From: Collinsella sp.
GTDB taxonomy: Bacteria; Actinomycetota; Coriobacteriia; Coriobacteriales; Coriobacteriaceae
Length of the DNA stretch: 64,000 bases
Assembly: GCA_036312785.1 (NCBI GenBank)
Contig: JAXJNG010000023.1
Span: forward strand, 5,680-69,679
Direction of reading: 5' to 3'
Positions 29,140 through 38,199 of the stretch are shown here, one piece after another. Numbering within the stretch: position 1 is the first letter of the stretch; every line of letters begins with the position of its first letter. Below the pieces are notes generated by a model. The model searched no databases and had not been told where the DNA came from. It was given only the letters and a program-made list of their open reading frames with translations. Position numbers and translations under genes: made by a program.

Positions 29140-30993
29140 TTACATCTGCTCGGGCGCGGAAACGCCAACGAGGGTGAGCACCAGGGCGAGCGTCACGCGA
29201 ACGGCGTCGCAAGCGGCCAGACGGGCGCGCGAAAGCTCGGGGTCGACGGGACGGCCCTCGCTCGGCAGAACCTGGCAGGCAGCGTAGAAGCTGTGGAAGT
29301 CGCCGGCGAGTTCCTCAGCAAAGTGCGTCAGACGGAACGGGGCGCGGTCGCGAGCGCAGCTGGCAATCAGGTCGGTGAGCTCGTTGAGCTTACGCGAAAG
29401 GGCGAGCTCGGTCGGGTCGGTCAGCAGCGAGTAATCGACGTTCTCACCGATGGCCTTGGCGGCGACGGCCTTCATGCCCATCTCGTCAGCCTGCTCGGGC
29501 GTAACGTCGGCGGCACGGCGCAGGATGGAGCACACGCGGGCGTGAGCATACTGCACGTAATAGACCGGGTTGGAGTTATCGCGCTTCTTAACGGCCTCAA
29601 TATCGAAGTCGACCATCTGGTTGGAGCTCTTGGAGATGAGCGTGTAGCGAGCGGCATCGGAGCCGACCTCGTCGACAAGCTCCTGCAGGGTCACCATGGT
29701 GCCCTTGCGCTTGGACATACGGACGGGCTTGCCGTTACGCAGCAGGTTGACGAGCTGGCCCAGCAGAACCTCAAACTTGCCGGGATAGCCAAGAGCGTCG
29801 CAGACGCAGCGGACGCGCTCGATGTAGCCGTGGTGGTCGGCGCCCCAGATGTCGATGACGTGGTCGACGCGCTGGAACTTATCCCAGTGATAGGCGACGT
29901 CGGAGGCGAAGTAGGTGTACTCGCCGTCGGACTTGATCAGAACGCGGTCCTTGTCATCGCCCAGGTCGGTGGAGCGGAACCACAGGGCGCCGTCCTTGGT
30001 GTAGAGATAGCCCATCTTGTCGAGCTTCTCAAAAGCGCGGTCGACGGCGGAGGTGCCGGCGGTCTCGCCCTCGGTGTCCTTCACATACAGCGAGCGCTCG
30101 GAGAACCAACGATCGAAGTCGCAGTTAACGGCATGGCAAAGGTCGCGCATGTTGTCGACCATCTTTACATAGCCGCGCTCGCGGAAGCTCTCCATGCGCT
30201 CCTGCGGATCGGCGTCGACCCACTTATCGCCGTCGGTGCGCCAGAACTCGGCGGCCTCGTCGATGATGTAGTCGCCGCCGTAGGAGTCCTTGCCCAGGGT
30301 CTCGGCAAAGTTGTCCTGATACGGATGGGTCTCGGGATGCTCGTCGTTCTCGTCGGCAACAAAGGCGTCGCGGTCGGCGATCAGCAGCTTGTGAGCCTCG
30401 TCGATATCCACGCCCTGCTTGGCGATGATGTCGGCAAGCTGCATATAGCGCGTGCTGATGGAGTTGCCGAAGGTGTTCATCTGAGAGCCGTGGTCGTTGA
30501 TGTAGAACTCACGCTGGATGTCGTAACCGGCGTGATCCATAACGCGGCAGAGCGAGTCGCCCAGCGCGGCCCAGCGGCCGTGGCCGATGTGCATGGGGCC
30601 GACGGGGTTGGCGGAAACGAACTCGACCTGGGTCTTCAGGCCACCACCGACGTTGGACTTAGCGAAGTCCATACCCTTCTCGCGAGCCTCGCCAAAGATG
30701 GCATTCTTGACGGCAACGGAGAGGTAGAAGTTGATGAAGCCGGGGCCTGCGATCTCGACCTTCTCGATCGCGGGGTCCTCGGGCATATGGGCAACGATGG
30801 CCTCGGCGATCTTGCGCGGGGCGCAGTGGGCCAGCTTGGCGGACTTCAGGGCCATGGTAGAGGTCCACTCGCCATGAGAAGTGTCAGCCGGTCGCTCGAT
30901 AGCGCAATCGTCAAGTTCAAATGCGGAAAGGTCGCCGGCCTCCTGGGCCGCAGCAAGCGCAGCGCGTACCAGCTCTTCAATCTTCTCGGGCAT
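29140..30993 (-). CDS. argS: Arginine--tRNA ligase
   Basis: EFVSANPVGPMHIGHGR, WGADHHGY, MSKR and YYVQYAHAR motifs. Confidence 0.97.
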   Translation of the reverse strand: MPEKIEELVRAALAAAQEAGDLSAFELDDCAIERPADTSHGEWTSTMALKSAKLAHCAPRKIAEAIVAHMPEDPAIEKVEIAGPGFINFYLSVAVKNAIFGEAREKGMDFAKSNVGGGLKTQVEFVSANPVGPMHIGHGRWAALGDSLCRVMDHAGYDIQREFYINDHGSQMNTFGNSISTRYMQLADIIAKQGVDIDEAHKLLIADRDAFVADENDEHPETHPYQDNFAETLGKDSYGGDYIIDEAAEFWRTDGDKWVDADPQERMESFRERGYVKMVDNMRDLCHAVNCDFDRWFSERSLYVKDTEGETAGTSAVDRAFEKLDKMGYLYTKDGALWFRSTDLGDDKDRVLIKSDGEYTYFASDVAYHWDKFQRVDHVIDIWGADHHGYIERVRCVCDALGYPGKFEVLLGQLVNLLRNGKPVRMSKRKGTMVTLQELVDEVGSDAARYTLISKSSNQMVDFDIEAVKKRDNSNPVYYVQYAHARVCSILRRAADVTPEQADEMGMKAVAAKAIGENVDYSLLTDPTELALSRKLNELTDLIASCARDRAPFRLTHFAEELAGDFHSFYAACQVLPSEGRPVDPELSRARLAACDAVRVTLALVLTLVGVSAPEQM

Positions 30994-31335
30994 AGATCCT
31001 CCTTGTGTTAAAGCCCCCGAGCTCTTGGTCACTCGTAGGGCAAAAGCCAGAGTTTGTAGCACTCTATCACAAGCGACGGGCACTGTCGCAGGGTAAAGCT
31101 AATAGATATTGCATATGCACAAAAATGACTACAGCTTGTATGGAGTCACTCAAAGATGCCGGTCTGCCTGCAGATTATGCAGGCGTTGAAAATGCATAAA
31201 GGTGTGAATGAGCTGCGTCTGTTATCGAATACTCTTACCTATCAGAGTTGTGTGCTTTTCCTGCATAAAGTACGGGTTTGCGCACGTCAGCGTGTTATTC
31301 TAGACATACGTAAATTCGTATAAGTTGGAGGTAGC

Positions 31336-31821
31336 ATGTTCTCAATCGGTCAACACGTCATTCATCCGGGCCAGGGAGTCTGCACCGTCGTCGGTTTTAG
31401 GGACGACACACCGCAGCCCATGCTGCTGCTCGAGACCAAGCAGGGACATGCGCAGACGATCCTCATGTACCCCGTGGCGCAGGCCGACCGTCTGCACGCC
31501 GCCATCTCTCAGCAAGATGCCGAGCACCTGCTGAGCCACTATGACGAGCTGGAGTGCGACACCTTTACCGAGCGCAACAGCTCGCTTGAGGAGACACACT
31601 TTAAGCAGCAGCTCAAGCTGGGCGCGCCCGAGACGGTCCGCGTGGCAAAGACCATGATGCACCGCATTCGCCAGGCCGAGGAAGCTGATAAAAAACCCAG
31701 CTCCTACTACATGCGCGTACTCAAGGAGGCCAAACGCCGCTCCATCGAGGAGTTCGCCGTGGCCCTTGGCGTCACCGAGGAGGCCGCCGAAGCCCGCCTA
31801 GCCCAAGCCGCCCTCAACTAA
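31336..31821 (+). CDS. CarD-family transcriptional regulator
   Basis: FSIGQHVIHPGQGVCTV N-terminal RID-like domain and helical C-terminus. Confidence 0.8.
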   Translation: MFSIGQHVIHPGQGVCTVVGFRDDTPQPMLLLETKQGHAQTILMYPVAQADRLHAAISQQDAEHLLSHYDELECDTFTERNSSLEETHFKQQLKLGAPETVRVAKTMMHRIRQAEEADKKPSSYYMRVLKEAKRRSIEEFAVALGVTEEAAEARLAQAALN

Positions 31822-31834
31822 CCCATCCGCGCCA

Positions 31835-31875
31835 AAAACCACCACAAAGGGAACAGGCACCTTTGTGGTGGTTTT
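31835..31875 (+). repeat. REP-like palindrome family A
   Basis: AAAACCACCACAAAGGGAACAGGCACCTTTGTGGTGGTTTT. Confidence 0.9.
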
Positions 31876-31929
31876 CTTGTTCTAGTAGTATTCATTCTTA
31901 TCGATACCCACGAGCACAAGGAGTCTCTT

Positions 31930-32529
31930 ATGGCAGAGCCGCTTACCGCCGGAATCACCCGCGACCGCGCGTTCGAACTGCTCAATGAGCACAACAAGGA
32001 CCCGTTCCATATCACCCATGGCGAGACGGTCGAGGGCACTATGCGCTACTTTGCGCGCGAGTTCGACCCCGAGAACGAGGAGTTTTGGGGCATCGTCGGT
32101 CTGCTGCACGACCTGGATTGGGAGGAGCATGAGGACGACCCCATTAACCACACCATCTATGCTGCCGAGATTCTTGAGGGCGAAGGTGCGTCTCCCGAGC
32201 TCATTCGCGCCATCCAGACGCACACGTCGGACTTCAACACCTCACTGCCCAAGCCCGAGCTGCAGATGGAAAAGATCCTGTTTGCCTGCGATGAGCTCAC
32301 CGGCCTGATCGGCGCTGCCGTCATCATGCGCCCGAGCAAGAGCGTTATGGACTTTACGACTAAGTCGCTCAAGAAGAAGTTCAAGGACAAACGCTTTGCC
32401 GCCGGCTGCTCGCGCGACGTGATTTCGCAGGGCGCCGAGATGTTGGGCTGGGAGCTCCCCGAGCTCTTTGACCGCACCATCGCGGCCATGCAGTCCTTCG
32501 CCCCCGACCGAGATACCTTCCAGGCCTAA
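31930..32529 (+). CDS. HD-domain hydrolase
   Basis: GLLHDLDWE, HTIY, DELTGLI and KKKFKDKRFAAGCSRD motifs. Confidence 0.88.
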   Translation: MAEPLTAGITRDRAFELLNEHNKDPFHITHGETVEGTMRYFAREFDPENEEFWGIVGLLHDLDWEEHEDDPINHTIYAAEILEGEGASPELIRAIQTHTSDFNTSLPKPELQMEKILFACDELTGLIGAAVIMRPSKSVMDFTTKSLKKKFKDKRFAAGCSRDVISQGAEMLGWELPELFDRTIAAMQSFAPDRDTFQA

Positions 32530-32561
32530 CCGTCAACGCCACCTAAAACCACCACAAAGGG

Positions 32562-33915
32562 GGCTTATAGGACAAAATGTGTGTCCACGTTGGGGGCATC
32601 GGCGCAGGTCGATGCCCCTTTTTCAGCCGTTTAAATTCCGTGCCCGCTTTTAACCGCTCGGACAGAATGTGTGTCCGGTTGCCTATCGTTCCCGCAGGTA
32701 GATAACCTTTTCCGGAACCGTTAAATATCCTTTCGGAAGAGGTGCCCATGAAGGCCGTTTATTGCCCCTACTGCGGCGGTCGGACCAAGCGCAACGGCAG
32801 GACCTCATCGGGGTCCCAGCGGTGGAGGTGCACGGCCTGCGGCGCGTCGACGACGGTGAGGTACGACGACACGGCGACGAGGCTGGACGAGTTCCTCGGG
32901 TGGCTCCTCTCCAAGGACTCCCAGGCGGCGATGCCGGGCGGCGGGCGGTCCTTCAGGCGCAGGACGGCCGAGTTCTGGGAGGTCTGGCCGATGCCCGTCC
33001 CCGACGGCGAGCTGCACCGCGTGCTCCACGTCGACGGGATCTGGGTCGCGCGCGACCTCGTCGTGCTCATATGCTGCAGCGGCGAGAGGGTGGTCTCCTG
33101 GTACATGGCGAGGTCGGAGAACTCGAGGGCGTGGTCGGCCCTCATGTCGCCGATCCCGGCGCCCGAGGTGGTCGTCACCGACGGCGGGAGCGGGTTCGCC
33201 AAGGCCGTGCGCGAGACCTGGCCGCGCACCAGGGTCCAGAGGTGCACCTTCCACGCCTTCTCGCAGGTCAAGCGCTACACGACGACGCGGCCGAAGCTCC
33301 AGGCGGGGCGCGAGCTCTACCTCATCGCGCGCGACCTCATGGGCATCGAGACGCTGCACCAGGCCGAGCTCTGGGTCGAGCGCTACCTCGACTGGTGCGG
33401 GTTCTGGGCCGACTTCCTGGAGGACAGGACCGTGGTGGACGGCAGGAGGGTCTACACCCACGAGAGGCTGAGGCGGGCGCGCTCGTCGCTGTCGTCGCTG
33501 GTGTCGGCGGGGACGCTGTTCACCTACCTCGACCCCGCCCTAGCCAAGGCCGGCCCGCTGCCGTCGACCAACAACATGATCGAGGGAGGGGTGAACTCGC
33601 AGCTGAGGGCCGTCCTGCGCAACCACCGGGGGCTGACGTCGGTCAAGCGCGTGAAGGCGGTGTTCTGGTGGTGCCACGCGCACTCGGGGGACGCGAGGAC
33701 GGCGCGCGAGAAGCTCGCCGCGATGCCGACCGACGCGGACATCGACTTCCTGTTCAGCGTCTACTCCGCCTCGCCGTCGCGCGAGGACGGAGGGCCGGAG
33801 TGGGGCGACAGGGCCGTGTGGGAGGACCTCCACCACAGGGACCCGTACCCGTTCTGGCTTGATTAATGGATAGAAACGGATGTTCTATCGGGACACACAT
33901 TTTGTCCTATAAGCC
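32562..33915 (+). mobile_element. IS256-superfamily (IS1249-type) insertion sequence inserted into a family A palindrome
   Basis: Perfect 25-bp terminal inverted repeats GGCTTATAGGACAAAATGTGTGTCC; direct repeat CAAAGGG at 32555-32561 and 33916-33922 (exact length ambiguous within the G-run). Confidence 0.93.
32748..33866 (+). CDS. IS1249-type DDE transposase
   Basis: N-terminal CPYC..CTAC Zn ribbon; VDG, TDGGSG, QRCTFH and TNNMIEGGVN motifs; start at 32742 or 32748. Confidence 0.92.
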   Translation: MKAVYCPYCGGRTKRNGRTSSGSQRWRCTACGASTTVRYDDTATRLDEFLGWLLSKDSQAAMPGGGRSFRRRTAEFWEVWPMPVPDGELHRVLHVDGIWVARDLVVLICCSGERVVSWYMARSENSRAWSALMSPIPAPEVVVTDGGSGFAKAVRETWPRTRVQRCTFHAFSQVKRYTTTRPKLQAGRELYLIARDLMGIETLHQAELWVERYLDWCGFWADFLEDRTVVDGRRVYTHERLRRARSSLSSLVSAGTLFTYLDPALAKAGPLPSTNNMIEGGVNSQLRAVLRNHRGLTSVKRVKAVFWWCHAHSGDARTAREKLAAMPTDADIDFLFSVYSASPSREDGGPEWGDRAVWEDLHHRDPYPFWLD

Positions 33916-33960
33916 CAAAGGGGACAGGCACCTTTGTGGTGGTTTTTGTTTGCGCGGGCG

Positions 33961-35247
33961 TTAGGGGCGGACCTGGCCGGTGCCGCGGAGCTTGTATTTG
34001 TAGGTGGTGAGGGCCTCGGCGGCAAAGGGGCCACGGGCGTGGAGTTTTTGGGTCGAGATGCCGATCTCGGCGCCCAGGCCAAACTCGCCGCCGTCGGTGA
34101 AGCGCGTGCTGGCGTTGGCGTACACGGCCGAGGCATCGACCGCATCCAGGAAGCACTCGCAAGCATCCGTGTCCTCGGCAACGATGGCCTCGGAGTGCAT
34201 CGTGCCGTAGCGGTTGATGTGTGCGATGGCCTCGTCCTCGTTTGCCACGACCTTCACGCTCATCTCGAGAGCCAGGTACTCGCGACCCCAGTCCTCCTCA
34301 GTCGCGGCGACGTAGTTGTCGCCCTCGGCAAGCCCAGCGTCGGCACATGCGGCGCACGTGGCCTCGTCGCCGTGAATGAGCACGCCGTGGTCGTGCAGCA
34401 CGGCAACGACCGCCGGCAAAAACGAATCTGCCACGGCACGGTCGACCAGCAGCGACTCGGCGGCATTGCACACGCCTACGCGCTGGGTCTTGGCATTAAC
34501 GATAATGTTGAGCGCCTTATCAAAGTCGGCGGATTCATGCACGTAGATGTGGCAGTTGCCAGTGCCCGTCTCGATCACCGGCACAAGCGACTCGCGCACG
34601 CAGCGCTGGATCAGGCCTGCACCGCCGCGCGGAATGAGTACGTCGACAATGCCGCGGAGCTTCATGAGCTCGCCAGTGGCCTCGCGGTCGGTGGACTCGA
34701 TCATCGACACGGCCTCGCGCGGGAAGCCCTTGGCCTCGAGCGCATCGGCCAGCAGCTCGGCGATCATGGCACACGAGTGATAGGCCAGCGAGCCGCCGCG
34801 CAGAATGCAGGCGTTGCCGGTACGGATGCAGATGCCTGCGGCGTCGGCCGTCACGTTGGGGCGCGCCTCGTAGACCATAGCGACCAGGCCCAGCGGAACA
34901 CTCACACGGGTCAGGTCCACGCCGCTTGCAAGCACGCGGTGGTCGAGCACGCGGCCCACGGGATCGGGCAGCTCGGCGAGCTTTTCCAGGCCGGCGGCCA
35001 TGCCCTCGACGCGCTCAGGCGTCAGCAGCAGGCGATCGAGCAGTCCGGCCGAAGTGCCCGCATCGCGCGCGGCGGACATGTCGAGCTCGTTGGCGGCGAC
35101 GATGGAGTCGACACCGTTGCGCAGTGCTGCGGCCATGGCGCGCACGGCCTCCTGGCGCTGCTCATCGCTCGCCGTGGCAAGCGAGGCCGACGCTGCCTTG
35201 GCGGCAACGGCAAGATCGTGGACATACGTGGCTATATCGACCGACAT
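33961..35247 (-). CDS. proA: Gamma-glutamyl phosphate reductase
   Basis: YEARPNVT, GNCHIY, VCNAAE, NASTRFTDG and ISTQKLHARGP motifs. Confidence 0.97.
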   Translation of the reverse strand: MSVDIATYVHDLAVAAKAASASLATASDEQRQEAVRAMAAALRNGVDSIVAANELDMSAARDAGTSAGLLDRLLLTPERVEGMAAGLEKLAELPDPVGRVLDHRVLASGVDLTRVSVPLGLVAMVYEARPNVTADAAGICIRTGNACILRGGSLAYHSCAMIAELLADALEAKGFPREAVSMIESTDREATGELMKLRGIVDVLIPRGGAGLIQRCVRESLVPVIETGTGNCHIYVHESADFDKALNIIVNAKTQRVGVCNAAESLLVDRAVADSFLPAVVAVLHDHGVLIHGDEATCAACADAGLAEGDNYVAATEEDWGREYLALEMSVKVVANEDEAIAHINRYGTMHSEAIVAEDTDACECFLDAVDASAVYANASTRFTDGGEFGLGAEIGISTQKLHARGPFAAEALTTYKYKLRGTGQVRP

Positions 35248-35359
35248 GGGCGGCCCTTTCTCCTAGAAGTTTGCAACCATGGTAGCCGATTTGTGCATGG
35301 CCTCGCCCGCGGCGGTAGAATTGGTCAACCCGAAACACCGCAACGAACGGAAGACTCAC

Positions 35360-36778
35360 ATGGCCCTCATCACTTCGTACCACGTCCCCGGCCTTTACGT
35401 CGAGGATCACAGCATCGACGTCCCCCTTGACTGGCGCGGCCTGGAGCCGATGCTCCTGGCCGTCGGCAGCACCATGCGCCGCGGCGCTATGCCGGCACCC
35501 ATCGCCGGCGCGCCCGAGAGCATCAAGCTCTTCTACCGCGTGGTTTGCGCGCCCGACCGCATCAACGACGATCTGCCACTGCTCCTGTTTTTGCAGGGCG
35601 GCCCCGGCGGCGAGAGCCCGCGTCCGCTGTCGCCCACAAGCGACGGCTGGATCGAGGAGGCCGTCAAGCACTTCCGCGTGGTCCTTCCCGACCAGCGCGG
35701 CACCGGACGCAGCAGCTGCGTGGACGGACGCACGATCAAGGCACTGGGTGATCGCGCAACGGCCGCCGGCGCCGATACAGCACGCTCGCAGGCGGACTTC
35801 CTCAAGCGCCACCTCGCCAGCTCCATCGTGCGCGATTTTGAGTACCTGCGCCTAGTGGGCTTTGGAGGCAAGCCGTGGGTCACGCTCGGCCAAAGCTACG
35901 GCGGCTTTTTGACGCTGAGCTATCTGTCGCTCTTCCCCGAGGGCGTGGCGGCGAGCTTTACCTGCGGCGGCATCCCCCACGTGCCGGCGAGCGCCAGCGA
36001 GGTCTACGCGCACACCTTCCCGCGCATGGCCGCCAAGACGCAGCAGTATTACGACCGCTACCCCGCCGACGTCGAGCGCGTGGCAGCCCTGGCCGATGCG
36101 CTCGAAGCACAGAAGCCCGTGCTGCCCGACGGCTCGCCGATGACGGTCGAGCGCCTACAGCTCATGGGCAGCGACTTTGGCATGAAGCCGAGCTTTGAGC
36201 GCATGCATTGGATTATCGATCACGCTTTTGTTGACGGCGACGGCACGCTGACCTGCGGCTCCTCGGTATCCGACAGCTTTTTGATGCGCGCCTTCGAGCG
36301 CACCAACACGCGCACGAATCCGCTGTACTGGACGCTGCAGGAGTTCATATACGCCGACGGCGACACTATGCCCATTGGCTGGGCCGCGGCTGAAGAGAAG
36401 GCGCACCGCGCCGAGTTCGACACGCTCGCACGCCCGCTCATGTTTACCGGCGAGGCCATGTTCCCGTGGATGTTTGAGCAGATGCCCGAGCTTAAGCCGT
36501 TTAAGCCCGCCATGGACCTGCTGATGGAAGACACCAGCTGGGACAAGATCTACGACCCGCAGCGCCTGGCCTGCAACGAAGTTCCGCTCCAGGCCGCGGT
36601 GTATTTCGACGACATGTACGTGGATTCGGGCCTGCAGCTCGATACGCTCAGCCGCGTGGGCAACTCGCATGCCTGGGTGACCAACGAGTTCGAGCACGAC
36701 GGCCTGCACGGCAGCGTGGTATTCAAGTACCTCTTCGACGAAGCCCTCAACCGCGGAGACCTGCGCCGGATCTTCTAG
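35360..36778 (+). CDS. Proline iminopeptidase-like alpha/beta hydrolase
   Basis: LQGGPG, DQRGTGRS, GQSYGG, DDMYV and NEFEHDGL motifs. Confidence 0.88.
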   Translation: MALITSYHVPGLYVEDHSIDVPLDWRGLEPMLLAVGSTMRRGAMPAPIAGAPESIKLFYRVVCAPDRINDDLPLLLFLQGGPGGESPRPLSPTSDGWIEEAVKHFRVVLPDQRGTGRSSCVDGRTIKALGDRATAAGADTARSQADFLKRHLASSIVRDFEYLRLVGFGGKPWVTLGQSYGGFLTLSYLSLFPEGVAASFTCGGIPHVPASASEVYAHTFPRMAAKTQQYYDRYPADVERVAALADALEAQKPVLPDGSPMTVERLQLMGSDFGMKPSFERMHWIIDHAFVDGDGTLTCGSSVSDSFLMRAFERTNTRTNPLYWTLQEFIYADGDTMPIGWAAAEEKAHRAEFDTLARPLMFTGEAMFPWMFEQMPELKPFKPAMDLLMEDTSWDKIYDPQRLACNEVPLQAAVYFDDMYVDSGLQLDTLSRVGNSHAWVTNEFEHDGLHGSVVFKYLFDEALNRGDLRRIF

Positions 36779-36780
36779 CA

Positions 36781-36828
36781 AAGGAGTGTCCCCAAGTGCC
36801 GGCACAAAAGGAACGTCCCCAAGTGCCG
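36781..36828 (-). repeat. GGGGAC-core palindromes (family D), tandem
   Basis: CGGCAC-AAAAGGAAC-GTCCCC-AA-GTGCCG preceded by a partial copy; homologous to 49771..49799. Confidence 0.8.
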
Positions 36829-36870
36829 AATAAGTACCGACAACGACGATGCCGCAGGTAGAGGACGGAA

Positions 36871-36978
36871 AGCGAAAACGCCCCTAAGCGAGCAAGGTGA
36901 CGTGAAAGAGGAGGGCATTGACCTTTTGGTCATGCCCGACGATTGAACGTCAGATTGCCGCTTAGGAGCGTTTGCAGC
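36871..36978. other. Long nested-hairpin intergenic element
   Basis: AAACGCCCCTAAGCG/CGCTTAGGAGCGTTT, TGACGT/ACGTCA and GGGCATTGACC-TTTT-GGTCATGCCC pairings. Confidence 0.6.
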
Positions 36979-36987
36979 GTCAATTGG

Positions 36988-38115
36988 TTAAGCAAATACA
37001 ATCAGATTATCTCGATGAATCGCCGGCTTCTCGGCCAGGTTAGCGAGCAGGCGGTTGCTGGCGATCTGGTCCTGGCGGCGACCGGCAGCAAGTTCCAGCA
37101 CGTCCGAATCGGCCTCGGCGATACCGCGGGCGACGACCATACCGCTCGGATCGCACACATCGAGCACATCGCCCTCGGCAAACTGGCCATCGACCTCGCG
37201 AATACCCACCGCAAGCAAGGAAGAGCCACGGCTAACCAGCGCCTTCGCAGCACCATCATCAACCGTCACCGACCCATGTGCCTTGTCGCCCAGCGCGATC
37301 CACAGCTTGCGGGGCGCGATGTCCAGACGCTCCGCCGGCGGATCGAACAGCGTGCCCACGCTCTCGCCGCGGGCCAGGCGCACGAGCGCATCGGGCTCCT
37401 CGCCCGAGCAAATCACGCTCTGAATGCCGGCCGTCATCAAAATGCGGCTCGCGCGAATCTTGGTGATCATGCCGCCCGTACCCACCGATGTGGAAGAATC
37501 ACCCGCCGAGGCAATGATCTTGGCATCGATCTTATGCACGACCGGGACAAACTCGGCCGTCGGATCCTCATGCGGATTGGCGGTGTAGAGGCCGTCGATG
37601 TCCGAAAGCGTCACGCACAGGTCCGCCGAAACCAAGCAGCTCACGAGGGCCGCGAGTGTATCGTTGTCGCCGAACTTGATCTCGTCGACGGTGACGGTGT
37701 CGTTTTCGTTGACGACCGGCACCACGCCCAGCTCCACCAGGCGCAGCAAAGCGTCGCGCGCGTGCAGGTAGGACGTACGGCGCGCCGTGTCGTGGCGCGT
37801 GAGCAGCACGAGCGAGGTGAGTAGGTCACGCGCATGGAACTCCTCGTCGTAGGCCGACGAGATGATGCACTGACCGGCCGAGGCGCAGGCCTGCAGGCTC
37901 GGCAGGTCACCGACCGGTTTGCGGTCGAAACCCAGAACGGGATAGCCACAGGCAATGGCGCCGGAGCTCACCACGACCAAGCGCCAGCCGAGCTTGCGCA
38001 GGGCCGCGGCCTGATCGGCCAGGTCACCGATAAACGCACGGTTGACCTTACCGTCGGCACCCACCACCGTGGACGAGCCGATCTTTACCACCATCGTTTT
38101 ATGAGAAGTCGTCAT
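36988..38115 (-). CDS. proB: Glutamate 5-kinase
   Basis: VVKIGSS, NENDTV, FGDNDTL, GTGGMITK motifs and a PUA domain. Confidence 0.97.
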   Translation of the reverse strand: MTTSHKTMVVKIGSSTVVGADGKVNRAFIGDLADQAAALRKLGWRLVVVSSGAIACGYPVLGFDRKPVGDLPSLQACASAGQCIISSAYDEEFHARDLLTSLVLLTRHDTARRTSYLHARDALLRLVELGVVPVVNENDTVTVDEIKFGDNDTLAALVSCLVSADLCVTLSDIDGLYTANPHEDPTAEFVPVVHKIDAKIIASAGDSSTSVGTGGMITKIRASRILMTAGIQSVICSGEEPDALVRLARGESVGTLFDPPAERLDIAPRKLWIALGDKAHGSVTVDDGAAKALVSRGSSLLAVGIREVDGQFAEGDVLDVCDPSGMVVARGIAEADSDVLELAAGRRQDQIASNRLLANLAEKPAIHRDNLIVFA

Positions 38116-38166
38116 ACGTCAAACCAATCGAATGTTGAGCGAGCGGACGAACGGGTGAGCGAGAAT

Positions 38167-38199
38167 ATGATCCGTTTTCCTCCATCCCCTTCGGATCAT
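38167..38199 (-). repeat. GGGGAY-core palindrome (family C)
   Basis: ATGATCCG-TTTTCCTCC-ATCCCC-TT-CGGATCAT; overlaps the pncB stop codon. Confidence 0.75.

Noticed and set aside
32762..33862. Second long ORF inside the IS as a frameshift partner
   Set aside because: Arg/Gly/Pro-rich shadow frame typical of very high GC3; the transposase is complete in one frame.
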